A stretch of DNA of 64,000 bases from Azolla caroliniana. Taxonomy: Eukaryota > Plantae > Polypodiophyta. The notes under the pieces are model-generated. The model was given only the letters and a program-made list of their open reading frames with translations, did not search any database and was not told where the DNA came from. The translations under genes were made by a program, and so were the position numbers. Shown piece by piece: positions 1-12,800 of this stretch; position 1 is the first letter of the stretch, and every line of letters starts with the position of its first letter. The stretch lies in contig JBHGNT010000002.1 of the NCBI GenBank assembly GCA_043228905.1, positions 620,001 through 684,000 of the forward strand, given 5' to 3'.

Positions 1-96
1 TGGCATGCATTCTGTCCTGTTCAGATTCTTTCAAGACAAACTGTGCCAGTCTTTCAGCAAAAACTCGTTTAAAAATCTAACTAAATCGATATAGAC

Positions 97-165
97 TTCT
101 GCACGAATTCCTGACCTACACAGGCTTTCTGCACGAATTCCTGACCTGCACAGGCTTTCTGCACG
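97..165. repeat. 30-bp tandem repeat, about 2.3 copies
   Basis: Unit TTCTGCACGAATTCCTGACCT(A/G)CACAGGCT starts at 97, 127 and (partial) 157. Confidence 0.85.
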
Positions 166-614
166 GATCCGGAAAGGGAACATAGAAATCTAACCGTAAA
201 ACAGAAAAGAGAGGTCCTTCCATGGTATGGAGTGCAGGAGACTCACCGGGATGTTCGAGATGTGCAGTGCAGGGAGGGAAATGGGGCGTCCTTCTGAATC
301 CTGTGGGGGGTGGGAGTAAGGATTTCAAGGGAGGGGAGGGGGTTCACAGATGGATGATGATGATGATGATGATGATGCCGCCATGGATGCAGCAGCAAAA
401 GCTATGCTACCATCATTCCATTGTCACACATCTCTCGCATGTGACAAGGAATATCATCCAGCCACACATTTTTGGGGATAGTAAAAACTCTCATGTGTTC
501 ATTCATACATATGTACATACATATGTACATACATACATACATACAGACATGCACAATTAATTAATTCATTGCACAAGGTTATTGAAAATCCATCGGCCCT
601 TTAACCTTATAAGA

Positions 615-761
615 TTCATTGGCCTGCTTTAGAAATGACTTGAGGCCTGGTTAGACATGACAAACCTGGGTTAGAAATGGGCATGCGCTTCATTGGCCTG
701 CTTTAGAAATAACAGAGGCCTGGTTAGACATGACAAACCTGGGTTAGAAATGGGCGTGCGC
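615..761. repeat. ~74-bp tandem duplication
   Basis: TTCATTGGCCTGCTTTAGAAAT...GGGTTAGAAATGGGC(A/G)TGCGC at 615 and 689. Confidence 0.9.
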
Positions 762-2367
762 TTTTTCTGGATAATGATCTGACAATGCAGATTTCACATG
801 ATTACTCGAGCTATCCATGCACCGTCTACCCGTTGTTGCAATTCCCTCGTCTCTAATAGTTGGTTGCAAACACACACATGTATACATACATGCATACACA
901 CACGTACATACATATATTGTGTTGTCATGAACGTCTCTTCATTTCACTCAACATACATCCTCTTAAGTTTTCAACATTCCTGTGTGTGGTTGGTGCACAA
1001 CTATTGTAGAAAATAGCATTTCAACTCCATCAGTGACGATGTGAAGAGATTTGATGGAATCTTCAATCTTGTTAATGTCAAGTTGTTGAGGTTTAATTAA
1101 AACAATGTTTTCTGAATCATTAACACGACATAAACTAACTTAATTTTAATTTTAATTGGCATTCATAAAGATCCTCGATCCATGGACATGTTCAAATTTC
1201 ATATAAACGAGGCCTATTCTATGTGAATAAAGACGAAAGAAAATAACAGCTTTGGAACTACATTGCTCTCAAAACGATTATGATACAATGTCAAACAATA
1301 TTGATTTTGCTTGTTATGAGGAAGTCCCTTGTGGATATGCTCAAGTTATTCGTATATGAATCTAGAAACTTTATCATACATATGGACAAACAATATAGCA
1401 CAATTTGTAAGAGGTATGTATAAATACAAATTTGTGTCTAAGTACCAGGGATGATGGGTTGGTGGATAAATACAATGGGAGACTCGTGGGCAATAGATAC
1501 ATGCACAAATAGAGTGCAAAATTTGTCCCTATGCTACGATTAGACGAGGCATATTACGACAATAGTTTGTTCAATCCAAATACACGAGTATTGATGATTG
1601 AATGGTGCATATGAATCTTCAAATGAATGGTTGAGGGAAAATAAACAAACATGAATGATCGTAATGAGAAGGGTAAGTAATAAATATATAAGTAAACGCG
1701 ATCGTTAAAGCTTGTTAAATTATGAATAAAGGGCAATGTTAGTCGAGCAAATAAAGGTGTAGTAATTTTAGCCATTTGTCATGTTCGTATATGATCTATT
1801 ATGAGCAAACGACACTATGCAGTTGAGATGTACTCTATTTCTATTTAATCACACTTATTTGTATCACTACGAGCCTTGTTTGTACATTAGGCTCATATTT
1901 TGCATCCATGTACATACATAGTTTATTGTGAGTGGATGAAATCAATCTTAGCAAATTGGGTCAAGGCCATCACTATTGAAGGGATGTTCAATAATGTTTG
2001 AAAGTTTTATTTAGCTATTGCATTCATGAAATGCAACAACAATATACAATCAGAGCAAGTGTTTTATCCATTGTACCTCATATTGTCATCCCAACTACGA
2101 GGTAAGAAGAGAACACGAACGTTCACACGAAGCATATGCTTGAGTGGTTGGGATAAAAAGGCTCTACCAAATTTATTGCTCGTTCTAGGGTTTGATCCAA
2201 AAGCGGCGATTGTTCAACTGCATAAATCAAGAGGAGAACAAGAGCAGTTATAGGAAATAGAACAGGGTTGGCTTGGCCGAGAAGGTCGCAGTGAAATCGG
2301 TTGGTCGTTGACTGAACCTTGGTGGGTGGGTGAAATCTTACAGGCAGGTTTGGGTATTGGCTCAAGA

Positions 2368-2697
2368 AACCTTTATTTGGGGAGGCTCGACAAGAAGCTT
2401 AATATGGGGGGGGGGGGGGGGGTTGCTTTCCCGTGGGGCCGATGGAATTGGTGACACATGAACACATGATTGTGTGACCATGGGAGTGCCGAGGCCACAC
2501 AAACACAAACACAAACACAAACACACAGAGACATGGTTCCTAACCTTTATTCGGGGCGGCTCGACAATAAGCTTAATATGGGGGGGGGGGGGTGCTTTCC
2601 CGTGGGGCCGATGAAATTGGTGACACATGAACACATGATTGTGTGACCATGGGAATGTCGAGGCCACACAAAAACAAACACACAAAGACATGGTTCC
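2368..2697. repeat. ~165-bp tandem duplication with poly-G and (CAAACA)n, upstream of TOM1
   Basis: AACCTTTATT..GGCTCGACAA..AAGCTTAATATGGGGGG..GCTTTCCCGTGGGGCCGATG..GAGGCCACACAAA..AGACATGGTTCCT occurs twice (~2368 and ~2542). Confidence 0.9.
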
Positions 2698-2761
2698 TTC
2701 CTTCCTTCCTTTCCTTGTGATGGGGTGGGGTGTGTGGCAGTGTGCTAGCCAAATATGAGTT

Positions 2762-2799
<38 letters not shown>

Positions 2800-3152
2800 A
2801 CGTCTGCTGCTTGCTCTCTTTGCTTTATTTCTCCCCCTTCCCTCCCCTTCTTCCATCTTTTTTTTTCTTCTCTCTTTTGATCTTAAAAGAAATGCAGTGA
2901 GGCGGTACATACATAGATAGGCCTCTGCCTTTCCTAACGCAATAACCTCCTCTCCTCTGTTCTGACAGTCAGAGAAAGCGAAGCTAAATTCCCCCCACTG
3001 CTGCGCCGTTCCCCTCTCCAGAACAGATCTAACCGCCCCTTCCTTCTTCGCCTTGTTTTGCTCTCGCCTGCCAGATATTTTCACGCAGTGTTGATGGTCC
3101 CTCCTCTACCTCTTTCATCGCCTGCAGAAGAAATCAAATCTACACTCCAATT

Positions 3153-6100
3153 ATGGATATATCACAACAGGACCCCTCTTTCCTCCTCCACATGTTCAAT
3201 AGCAGAGCTATGGTTATGATTTCTTCACTGAAGAGCTGGTGGGATGATGTAAACGAGTCTGAGACATGGCAACAAACCATCTTCTATGTCTTGTGTGCAG
3301 CTTATTCTATCGTTGGAACTGTTGCATTCGTAAGCAATTCTTCCTTTCTTATTTTCCGCTTTGGTTTTAGGGTATTCTTTGGTGATATTCATGTTGTTTT
3401 CTTTCACATTATATTCATATTGCATTCTTTCACAGTGGCCGCTTTGTTTTATTATTATTGTGATATTCATATTGCATTCTCTTTTAAGGAACACTGTTTT
3501 TTTAGTTTTTAGTCTAAAATATTCATACTGTTAACTTTTAAACGGAGAATTGGGAATGCATAGAGGAATAATAGACATAGAAAACGATGGAGAAGATAAA
3601 GATGATACTAGCATTGTGTCAAAGCGTGATTAAAGAAGAGAGAACGATACAATGCGAGCTAGTATAAAAAACAAAGAAGTACACTTACAACTCAGTGTTT
3701 CAGAGTGAAATTAAACTAGAGAACTCTCTAATGTTGTTGTTTTACATTGGATGTTAGCCTAATGAATAACCATCTACTGCATTTATTCAAACGCTCTCTC
3801 TGTTGACTGCCGGTGCTTTTTCATATTAAGAATCCTTCAAGTATTTTATCCTTTCTAATCGTCTCATCCATTTCTTTCTGGATTTTGATTCCCACAGTAT
3901 TTGCTTGTCAGAACTCCCACATCATTCGGTTGCATTTATTTCCACATCATCCAGCTCATCTTTCTTCACTAGATTGTATCACATTCAGATGCTTCCCAGC
4001 TGCTTCTTAGTCCTCCCAGCCTTTGTAAAAAGGCAATTTTGGTTGAAGGACAATTCTCTAATTTCACCTGACATACAACTTCTTCTTGCTGGTTCAGGAA
4101 AGTAATTCGATTTTTAGAGAGAAAAACAAATTAAAGAAGTAGATCTCATGTCTCTGGATCTCTAACTCAACATAGTGAGAATCACAATTTCCAGTGAAAC
4201 TTTTGTTCTTGGCCAAACTTGATGCCGGATCCAACTGTACCCTTCAGGTACTGTAGAATATACATCATAGCTTTTTGATAATTCTTCTCCAAACTCATTG
4301 TAAACTTTGCCAGCACCCAAACATATAGGTAAAGTCTAGTCTTGTACAACAGATAGGTTGTACTTCAGTCCTACATTCCGAATGCCTTAAGAATTAAGCA
4401 AACATTTTTAGTTAGACTGGCAAACATCTCCTTGTTCCATCAGCTGCTTGTGCCAAACATTTATTTCACGCATCAGCCCATACAAAGTTTTCCTCAGCCT
4501 CAAGGCTTTACTTTCTGAATCAACTAGATCAAATCTGGGTGATTGCTCCACGAATATCTCCTCATTGAGATAGCTATTCGTGGACACTGCCAGGATAACT
4601 TGAGTAATTGTGAGCCTTGCTGTTGTACAGAATGATTCCTCATCAACCACGTACTTAGTAGTCAGGATCATTTCTTCTCACTAGTAGTCGTGTATTGTAT
4701 TGATTTATGAGCCCATCAACTGTGTACTTAGTATTCCAGGAACATTTCCTCTCACTGACCTTCTTATCAGATTCTATCCACTGATTTGCCAAGTTTGGTT
4801 ACCTGAAATACTTTCAACTCATATTCTGCGATCTTTTTGCACCTCAGATCCTACATTGTCTCATCCACTGAACTCAGTTCCTTATCTTCTTAAGAGACAT
4901 TAGCCATGACTGCACCTGCACATCTGTTCATTTTGACCTTCTTGGATCTTCCGTGAAATCTTCAATCAGCAGTCTCTGTTCAATGTCAAGGTGCGGATCC
5001 AACCACCCAAGATGTGGCATTCCATCTTGAGACAAATCAAGTTCCTCAAGACATAGTGTACGTAGTCGAATATTGTCAGATGTTTGGCAGCAGATGACCT
5101 TCTTGAATAGCCCTCTAGTGGAGTCATCTACGCCACAACCAATGTGAAACATTGGTCAAGGATGTAGACCACAATTTTAACAATTGAAAGTTATCTAATG
5201 TTGGTTGCCTATACTACAAGTCTCCCACGCACTTCCTAGATACTTCACTCACTATGCCAAACACACGTTTGATGTCTCTTAAGTTCCAGAACCTAGTCTT
5301 TTGACTTGTCGTCTCACACCACTATCCAGGATTCTTGTTTCTCCCAATGCATCGACGCTTTGCACTTGAAGGTTTTTTTGTGATACTTTATATTGCATTC
5401 TTTCATAGCTTTTTTGACATGGCATTTTCCAAGGATTTTTATGATATCGGTATTGGGTTCGTTCAAAGAAATCACTTTGTTTTTTAAGGTTTTCTGTGTA
5501 TTTATGGCAGCTGTTGCATGCATTGCATTATTTCGTCATCTCAACAATTATCATTGTGTTTTTAGGGTTTTATGAGTATGATTCAACAAGCTTATTGTTG
5601 CTCCATCCTGGAGGACACTGCTGGAGGGTGGCAGCTCCAGACCTGCACTCTCTTTCATGTTTATTATCTCTATTGTACATTCTCTCTCTTCCTAGATTCT
5701 TCTCTCTAGAATCTGTACCGATTTAAATGCCTTTTCTGTCTTCCACTTTTTCCAAGATATTCCCTCTTATTCCTACTTTATTGTACCTCTTTGGTAGTAC
5801 AAGAGTCATTTAACTAGCAAACAACCATTTCACCCACTTTCCCCAATTTTGTATAAATAGGCTATACCAGCCTCTTTTGTAAAGACTTTATTTTTGTTGC
5901 TACTTAAAAACTAGCTCTATTCTTTGGCTGTGTCTACTCTTTGCAACCATTTTTTCTACTGCTGTCTAACAGCCTTCTCACAGCTTGGCTGTGTCTAATT
6001 TGTTCTAACAATTGCTCCGCTGGAGCTATTTACAGTTTTTCTCACAGACACCTTTGATTACTCCTCCTGAGTTAATCGGGTCAAGGGATCATGGTGGCGT

Positions 6101-6750
6101 AAGAGACTAAGGTAGGGCCAAGTAGGGGCTGAAACGTTACACCTTACTGTTAGGAATACTCCGAGAATTGGCTACAACCGATTCGGAATCACGACTTATA
6201 GAATGGACAGCACAAGTAGAAATAGATTTGAAACGAGACAGGCACAGAGATTGACCCAAAAAAGTATCGGTATTTGATTACTTAACAGCTAATATAATGA
6301 TAGTACAAAACCGAGTATAATCAGTATCGCTCGCTCCCTCAATACAATTCTAAGATTAGGCTTAGTCACTCTGACTCCGAATAGGTATCTCTCTATCTCT
6401 CCATGTTTCCACTACTTCATGATTTATATATAGCTTCCTCTCCTCTTGGTGCGCTCCAACTACTTCCTCTTGATCCTTGGCCTTTGTTCTCGGTTGCTTG
6501 TATTTCGGTTATTTTCCCGCTCGGCTGTTAGTGCTCGGCTCTTATCACCTTTTCACACTTGTCCTACGCTTCCGCTTTCACACTTTTGCTTTAAGATTCT
6601 TTCCACACCTCGTGCCTTTTGTCCCACGGATTAAACTTGGCACGCCCGTGGGATAGTGCCTTGTACGTCGAACCCGAAAATTGACCAAAACAATTGTAGT
6701 GTGAAAAATAAAAAACTGCTACATACTGCGACTCGAAAAATATTGAAAGA

Positions 6751-6813
<63 letters not shown>

Positions 6814-9800
6814 TACATTAGTCTTCCTCCAAAATCGATGTGATGCCCTCCACTGGCTCTGACTCTTGTGGTTGAGGATCGGCCCTTTGTTCTTGCTCCG
6901 CATTCTCCGGAATGGTTTCCTGGGCGGTGTCTTGTTCGGCTGGCTGTTGAGTCACTTCCCCGTGCTTGGGCTTTTTGACCTGTTCGGTCGCTTCCGTCGG
7001 CTCTTTATCTTGTTCCAACCCTGTCTCCGGTTCTAGCTCTTTCTTCCGTTCTGTCGCCAGCTCTTGGTCCTGATCTTGGCCTTGCCTTCCCTCGGTTATG
7101 AGCTCTTCAATGTGCGGCTCCTGTGTTGCGTTTTCGGGCAAGGCTTCCGCTGTTGCTGTTGTAGAGGCCAGTTCTTCCTTCTCGGCCTGGAGGCGCTCGC
7201 ATTCATACCTATCCGCTTCAATGGCGAGGAGGAGTTGATCGTCGTTGAATTCCTCAAGGCGCTGTGGTATGCGTCTGAGCCAAAGTGTGGAACTCCTCAA
7301 TGAGGTCTTCTCAGAGCACCTGAATACTACTCTCGTTCATTTGATAGAATCTGCGGCTCTCCTTTTTTCGGTTCTCGGCATCTGCTCGGAATATCTGTAA
7401 CTTGGCTGCTTGAGCCGACCACTATTTCCAACCTCGAGCGAGTGCCTCTTCGACCTTCTGGTTCAGCGTCTGCCGGTGTTTTGCAATCAACGCCTTGACT
7501 CGCTCTTCACCCATTTCATACTTGACACGGAGAGTGTTCATTGCCATTTTGGCAGTCTCGGTGTTGAGTTCGAGCTGAGCTGTCTGAAGTTGGTACGAGG
7601 TGCTTAGGTTGGCAACCTTCTGCTCCATCGCTCCGTGTGTTGTTCGTACCGTCAGAGGAGCCGAATCTTTTCCTCTTCCAGCTCTTGTTGGTATCGTTCC
7701 CGGTCTTTTCGCGCTGTGGTCTCCAGCTTGTGGAGGGACTCAGACAATGTATATTTTTCGTCCTCCAATTCCCGCAGCATTTGATGCTGCCTATTGAAGT
7801 GTTGCTGGAGTTCTGTGTGTTTGTTTTGGAGAATCAGGAGTTGGTTGTTTGCTATTGCGGAAGCCCGTTGATACTCCTCCTCTATCTCACAGATCTTGGC
7901 AGCTGATATCTCGTTGGCGGTCTGAAGAGCAAGCATGCCTTGTACTTCCATATCATGGACCTTGGCAGCGACTTCCGCGTTAGCGGCCTGAAGAGTTGCC
8001 GCTGCTTTTTCTTCCAGGTCTTGGAGAGCTTGCTTGTGCTTGGCCATCCATGCGTCGAGTAGTTGCTGAAGTTTGGCTTCACGTTGTTTTGCCTGCTCGC
8101 GGATTTGGTTGACTTCTGCCCTGGCCTCTTGATATCGCTTTTTGGCCTTTTCGGCAATCGCCATTTGTGCTGCCGGTTCTTCCTCAAAAGTCGGTGTCGG
8201 AAGGCAGGAGGGTGTTGTGCTTTTAAGGGTCTTGTGTTATTCATGGCATTTACCTCTGATCTTTGTTTGTATTATTTGGGTGCTCATGACTGTTTTATTA
8301 GGAAATCCCAATGGGTAAATCGGTAAGATGGGGTGAGATCTTGCTAAAGTAATTGGGAACATATTGCTATACCACAGCAAAACAGTTTGGATGTGAACAG
8401 AGTGTTATCAATATCATCTAATGAGCAATGGAGATTCATAAATGCAGAATTAATTTAAGTTGATGATCAATGGAGAATGTCTGTGAGGTAATGAGCAATG
8501 ATGAATTCGTATAAACTAATGTGCATAGAGAACTGATTCATTGCAGCTAATGAGTAATGTTGAATCTATATGTAAACTATTGAGGAATGGAAATTTCATA
8601 TATAGTTAATGAGCAAAGGAGAATTCATATGAGGTGATGAAGAGTGGGAAATTCATTTAAGCTAACGAGCAACAGTGAATAAATATCAGACAATGTGCAA
8701 TGGAGAGTCACTCCTAAGTCTTGGAGCCAGAAGTTTGGGAGATGTAGACCTAAAGATTAAGTTTATTACTCTATTTCTGGAGAGAATGTATAAGTCTTGT
8801 CAAAGAAATAGATTTTTTTAGGAAATAGAGTAATGAACCTAATCTCAATTCATTGTGTTTGACAATTAAGGGTGAAAAAGCAAAAGCAGCAGCAGCAGCA
8901 GAAGAAGAAGCTCTGTTTAAAGTGTTTCAGTGGCTTTTTGGATGGGATCAAAGAGAACTAACAACTGGAGTGCTATGATATAAAGGATGATCTTAGATGA
9001 AGTATGAAAGAGGTTTCAATGCTCTTATGAAGCATATCACAAGCCAAAGGAATACCTTGGGTTTAAAATGCATTCATCTATTTGGGGAATTCATCTTGGA
9101 TTCCATTTGCATGATTCAAAGTGCTTAGTTCTATTTGTAAATAAAGGTTGTGGAAGAAAGTGTTCCATTTCCAAACGTGTCAACAGAGTAAGTATTGATC
9201 AAAATTCATTCATGACATTGATCAGAGGGTTTATCTTTGTTTTACTATTTTGTTTTCAAAGTGTTATGGGATGAGTTTGCAAACAGATTCACCTGTACAG
9301 AAATATGGCCCATACCATATTCATACAGATGTTATTACTAGATGATTATATGAATTTAGTGAATGAATATTTAATTTGTTGGGAATTTGAACATCTGTTT
9401 TTAGTTTCCTGAGATATATACGAGGCTTAAAATATTGTAGGAGACAGGATTCTACTGGTTAATTAATATTGCGTTTGGGCTAAATGTGTTGAATTTCCAC
9501 GTTTCAATTACTAGTTCTTGACGTCATCTGATACATGCAGACACAACTTGCACGAATTCAAATGCGAGTGCCAGAGTGTGGATGGACTACACAGAAAGTG
9601 TTTCATTTAATGAATTTTATAGTTAATCTTGGTGAGTGTTTTAGAATTATGTGTTATTTTTTCATTCTTTTTGGAAACATGAAATTGTAATAATCCAGCA
9701 CATGGTTTGCTTTGTTTGTGCAGCTCGAGCCCTAGTTTTTGGCTTTTACAGAAATGTATTTTCTTTCAACATCAAGATTTTTACCATTATTCTTTTGGAC

Positions 9801-12800
9801 TTCCCTGGGCTCCTGTTCTTCTCAACATATACCCTTCTTGTTCTCTTTTGGGCAGAAATATATCACCAGGTTTTGGCTTAATTGATTGGCTTGGATGAAA
9901 ACTTTGTGCCATTTCTTCTAATACTAATCTGATTGTTGGTATTTTATAACAGGCAAGAAGCTTGCCATCTGATAAACTCCGCCCAGGATTTCTTGTTATG
10001 AATGGTGTGATCTATGGGATACAGGTGATGGGAACTCATTGGATTCAAATTCATGAAGAGAATGATGTATCTCGTTAAATGAAAACACTTTTAAGATTGT
10101 TTCTTCTGACAGGTTGTCATATGGCTATATGAGTGGCGTAGCTATAATACAGCAAGTGTGGCTGTGGCAAGATTATTTTTTGCAAGTAAGCAGTAACAAA
10201 TATATGTATCTGAATACCAGCTGTATAGTAATATGTGCACAAGATTTGGGATATTTCAACTTATCTCATGGGATCAATCAAGTACAATGTTTCTGCACAA
10301 TCCACCTCAGGATACACCATTAGCACATACTAAAAAAAGTTGAAAAGAAAAGTGGATTGTGATTACTGTGGACGTCATCTCCCAAATCTGTCTCTCCTCT
10401 AGCTTTATGTGCCTTTGCCAAATCTTGTTTCGTATTTTTAGTTGTGCCTAAATAAACTCATCTTCTATCCACATTTTAATGCCTCTGAGGGATCGTGTCT
10501 GATTTTTTTTATCTTGACTTTATACATTTTCTGTTTACTCTTGACTGCATTACATGTTTACTTGTTTACCCTTGACTGCTATCGAAGGACCTCCTATGTC
10601 AACAATGGGATGATGGGGATACCTTCTTGAAGTAGTGATCTTGTTTCATTTATCCTCCAAGAATTTGCTTCATGCTCGCAATTGAAGGTGGTACAATTGT
10701 CCATGTTATAGAGGATGAACCACAACGTAGGAACATAGCTGAACTTTGTGTTTGGTGTTTGGGTGGACAAATGTGGATACATGCATATTGCAACATCATT
10801 TATGATATGATGATCATCATTGGTTACACGGTGTGGCTAGGATAGCATCTACCCCCGTCGAATCGCCAATATCTTATTCAAAAGGGAAATCGCCAAGATG
10901 GTTGGAGGAAAGAGAATGGGATCATGCAAAATAGATGCTGAAGAGGAAGAAGTGAAAATTGAACACTTTTGTTACTTGGATAGATATAAATTTGCACTAC
11001 TTAAACAATAACACTTAAATCATCTCGATTATAATCTCATATATTTTTAGGGAGGGAGATTCAACTCTATATTGTCACTTGACAGGTGAAAGCTCTTGTG
11101 ATAGGCTATTCCTTTTGAGGAAGAAGTGAAAATTGAACACTTTTGTTACTTGGATAGATATAAATTTGCACCACTTAAAACAATAACACTTAAATCATCT
11201 CGATTATAACACCTCTCATATATTTTTAGGGAGGGAGATTCAACACTGTATTGTCACTTGACAGGTGAAAGCTCTTGTGAAAGGCTATTCCTTTTTCTTT
11301 CTTTGTCACCCTTTCTTTGACACCACTCAATCATGGGTAGCAAGATGAGAACTAAAATTCTTCATGGTAGAGGAAAAGGTGGCATACACATGCTCCTACA
11401 CATACTTAGGTGTAACATTTACAGGGCCTAGGTTGTCCCACAGATTGCGTAATAGCCTTGTAAACAAGCTGTCCCACAGACAACACGCTCTTCGTTATCC
11501 TAGGAATGAAACAAACTTGTTCTAGTGTCAGCTCTTGACCATTCTCCATGGCTACTCCAACAATGCCAAGTCCTTCAATGTTGCAAGAATGGTTATTGAA
11601 GGTCTAATGTTTGCAGAATCAGAATTGAGACATTCTGCAGAAGTAGGACATCCAGAATTCTGAATACAATTCCAAAAAAGGTAATATTGCGGTTAAAGAA
11701 GGGCAGTTTGCTCCATCCCTCATGACCATTAGTCAGCCCCTTCGTGTTTCCTAAAACTTCATCTGATACTGCCATGTAAATGTGGGCAACTGCCTTGCGG
11801 TTGAGCAGTAATTTGAGTGCTGATTTTAATTTCCCAGGGAATAAGTCCTGCTCCACCTGTGAAGATTGTGGAATAACCTTATAAATCAAGCTCCCATAAA
11901 ATGTAAGATGTGCACTATTTGAGAGTGAGACTATTGAAGATTTGCAATGACATGAGTAAGAAGATTTGCAATCCCACATCTTGAAGATGATTGAATAGAC
12001 CATTGAATCTTGAAATGTGCTCAGCTGCAAACCTGGCATCTTCAAGTCATGCAGCCATGAGCCTTCTCATCAAATGAAGCAAGTAAAACAAAATATCCTA
12101 GAAATCTGAGATACCATGTAAGAAAGAATGCATATGTTCAATGATATTTTTCTTTTCTCACTCTGCTTGGGTGCTAGGGCAGTTAAGCTACTTCATCCTA
12201 TCTCTCTCAGACTCTTTCTATCAGTAAGCTGAGTAGTCAATAGTTTTCCGCCTTGTGCACATAATTATGCATATAGATTCTTCTAATTGGCTTTCTAAAT
12301 GCTTATCTCATGTAATGGGTGCTTTCGTTATTATAGAATTTGCACGTTATTCTACATATAAAGAAGCAAAGCTTGGTGGTTTAACTTGTGAACTATCACC
12401 TACTCTTGTACACCAATGATCTAAGTAGGAATGTCATAGGATCTAGTCAATTTTAACTAGAAATTTGTCTTGTTGTTTTGTAATTGACCGTTTCATATTT
12501 CTTATTGATTCACTCCGCACTAGATATTAATTTATGATGCATATGTACAGTGCACATATACATGCGTTTACATAGATTTAAAAACAGAGATTTTGATAAA
12601 CTCAGTGTTCGGAATAAACTCAATCAAGACCTTGAAACGTGAAAGGCCACTGTTATATCGATGAAGAGTTATTGTGTTAGCTTATTAGAGGTTCAAGAGA
12701 GGATTTAAAGCAGGTTTTGTATTTCTGAAATTTTAAATTTAATGACTTATCACATACATCAAAATGAAACGGGATATAATAGTTTTCTGTCTTCGTGTTC

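Noticed and set aside
116-560. ORFs around the (GAT)n microsatellite, including a minus-strand MAASSSSSSSS start at 384
   Set aside because: That frame stops after 19 codons and the others are microsatellite-driven. It may be the leader of a gene extending left of the window, but I cannot support a call.
2362-3084. 240-aa minus-strand ORF
   Set aside because: Made of the tandem duplication, poly-G and (GA)n tracts antisense to the TOM1 5' region; no domain.
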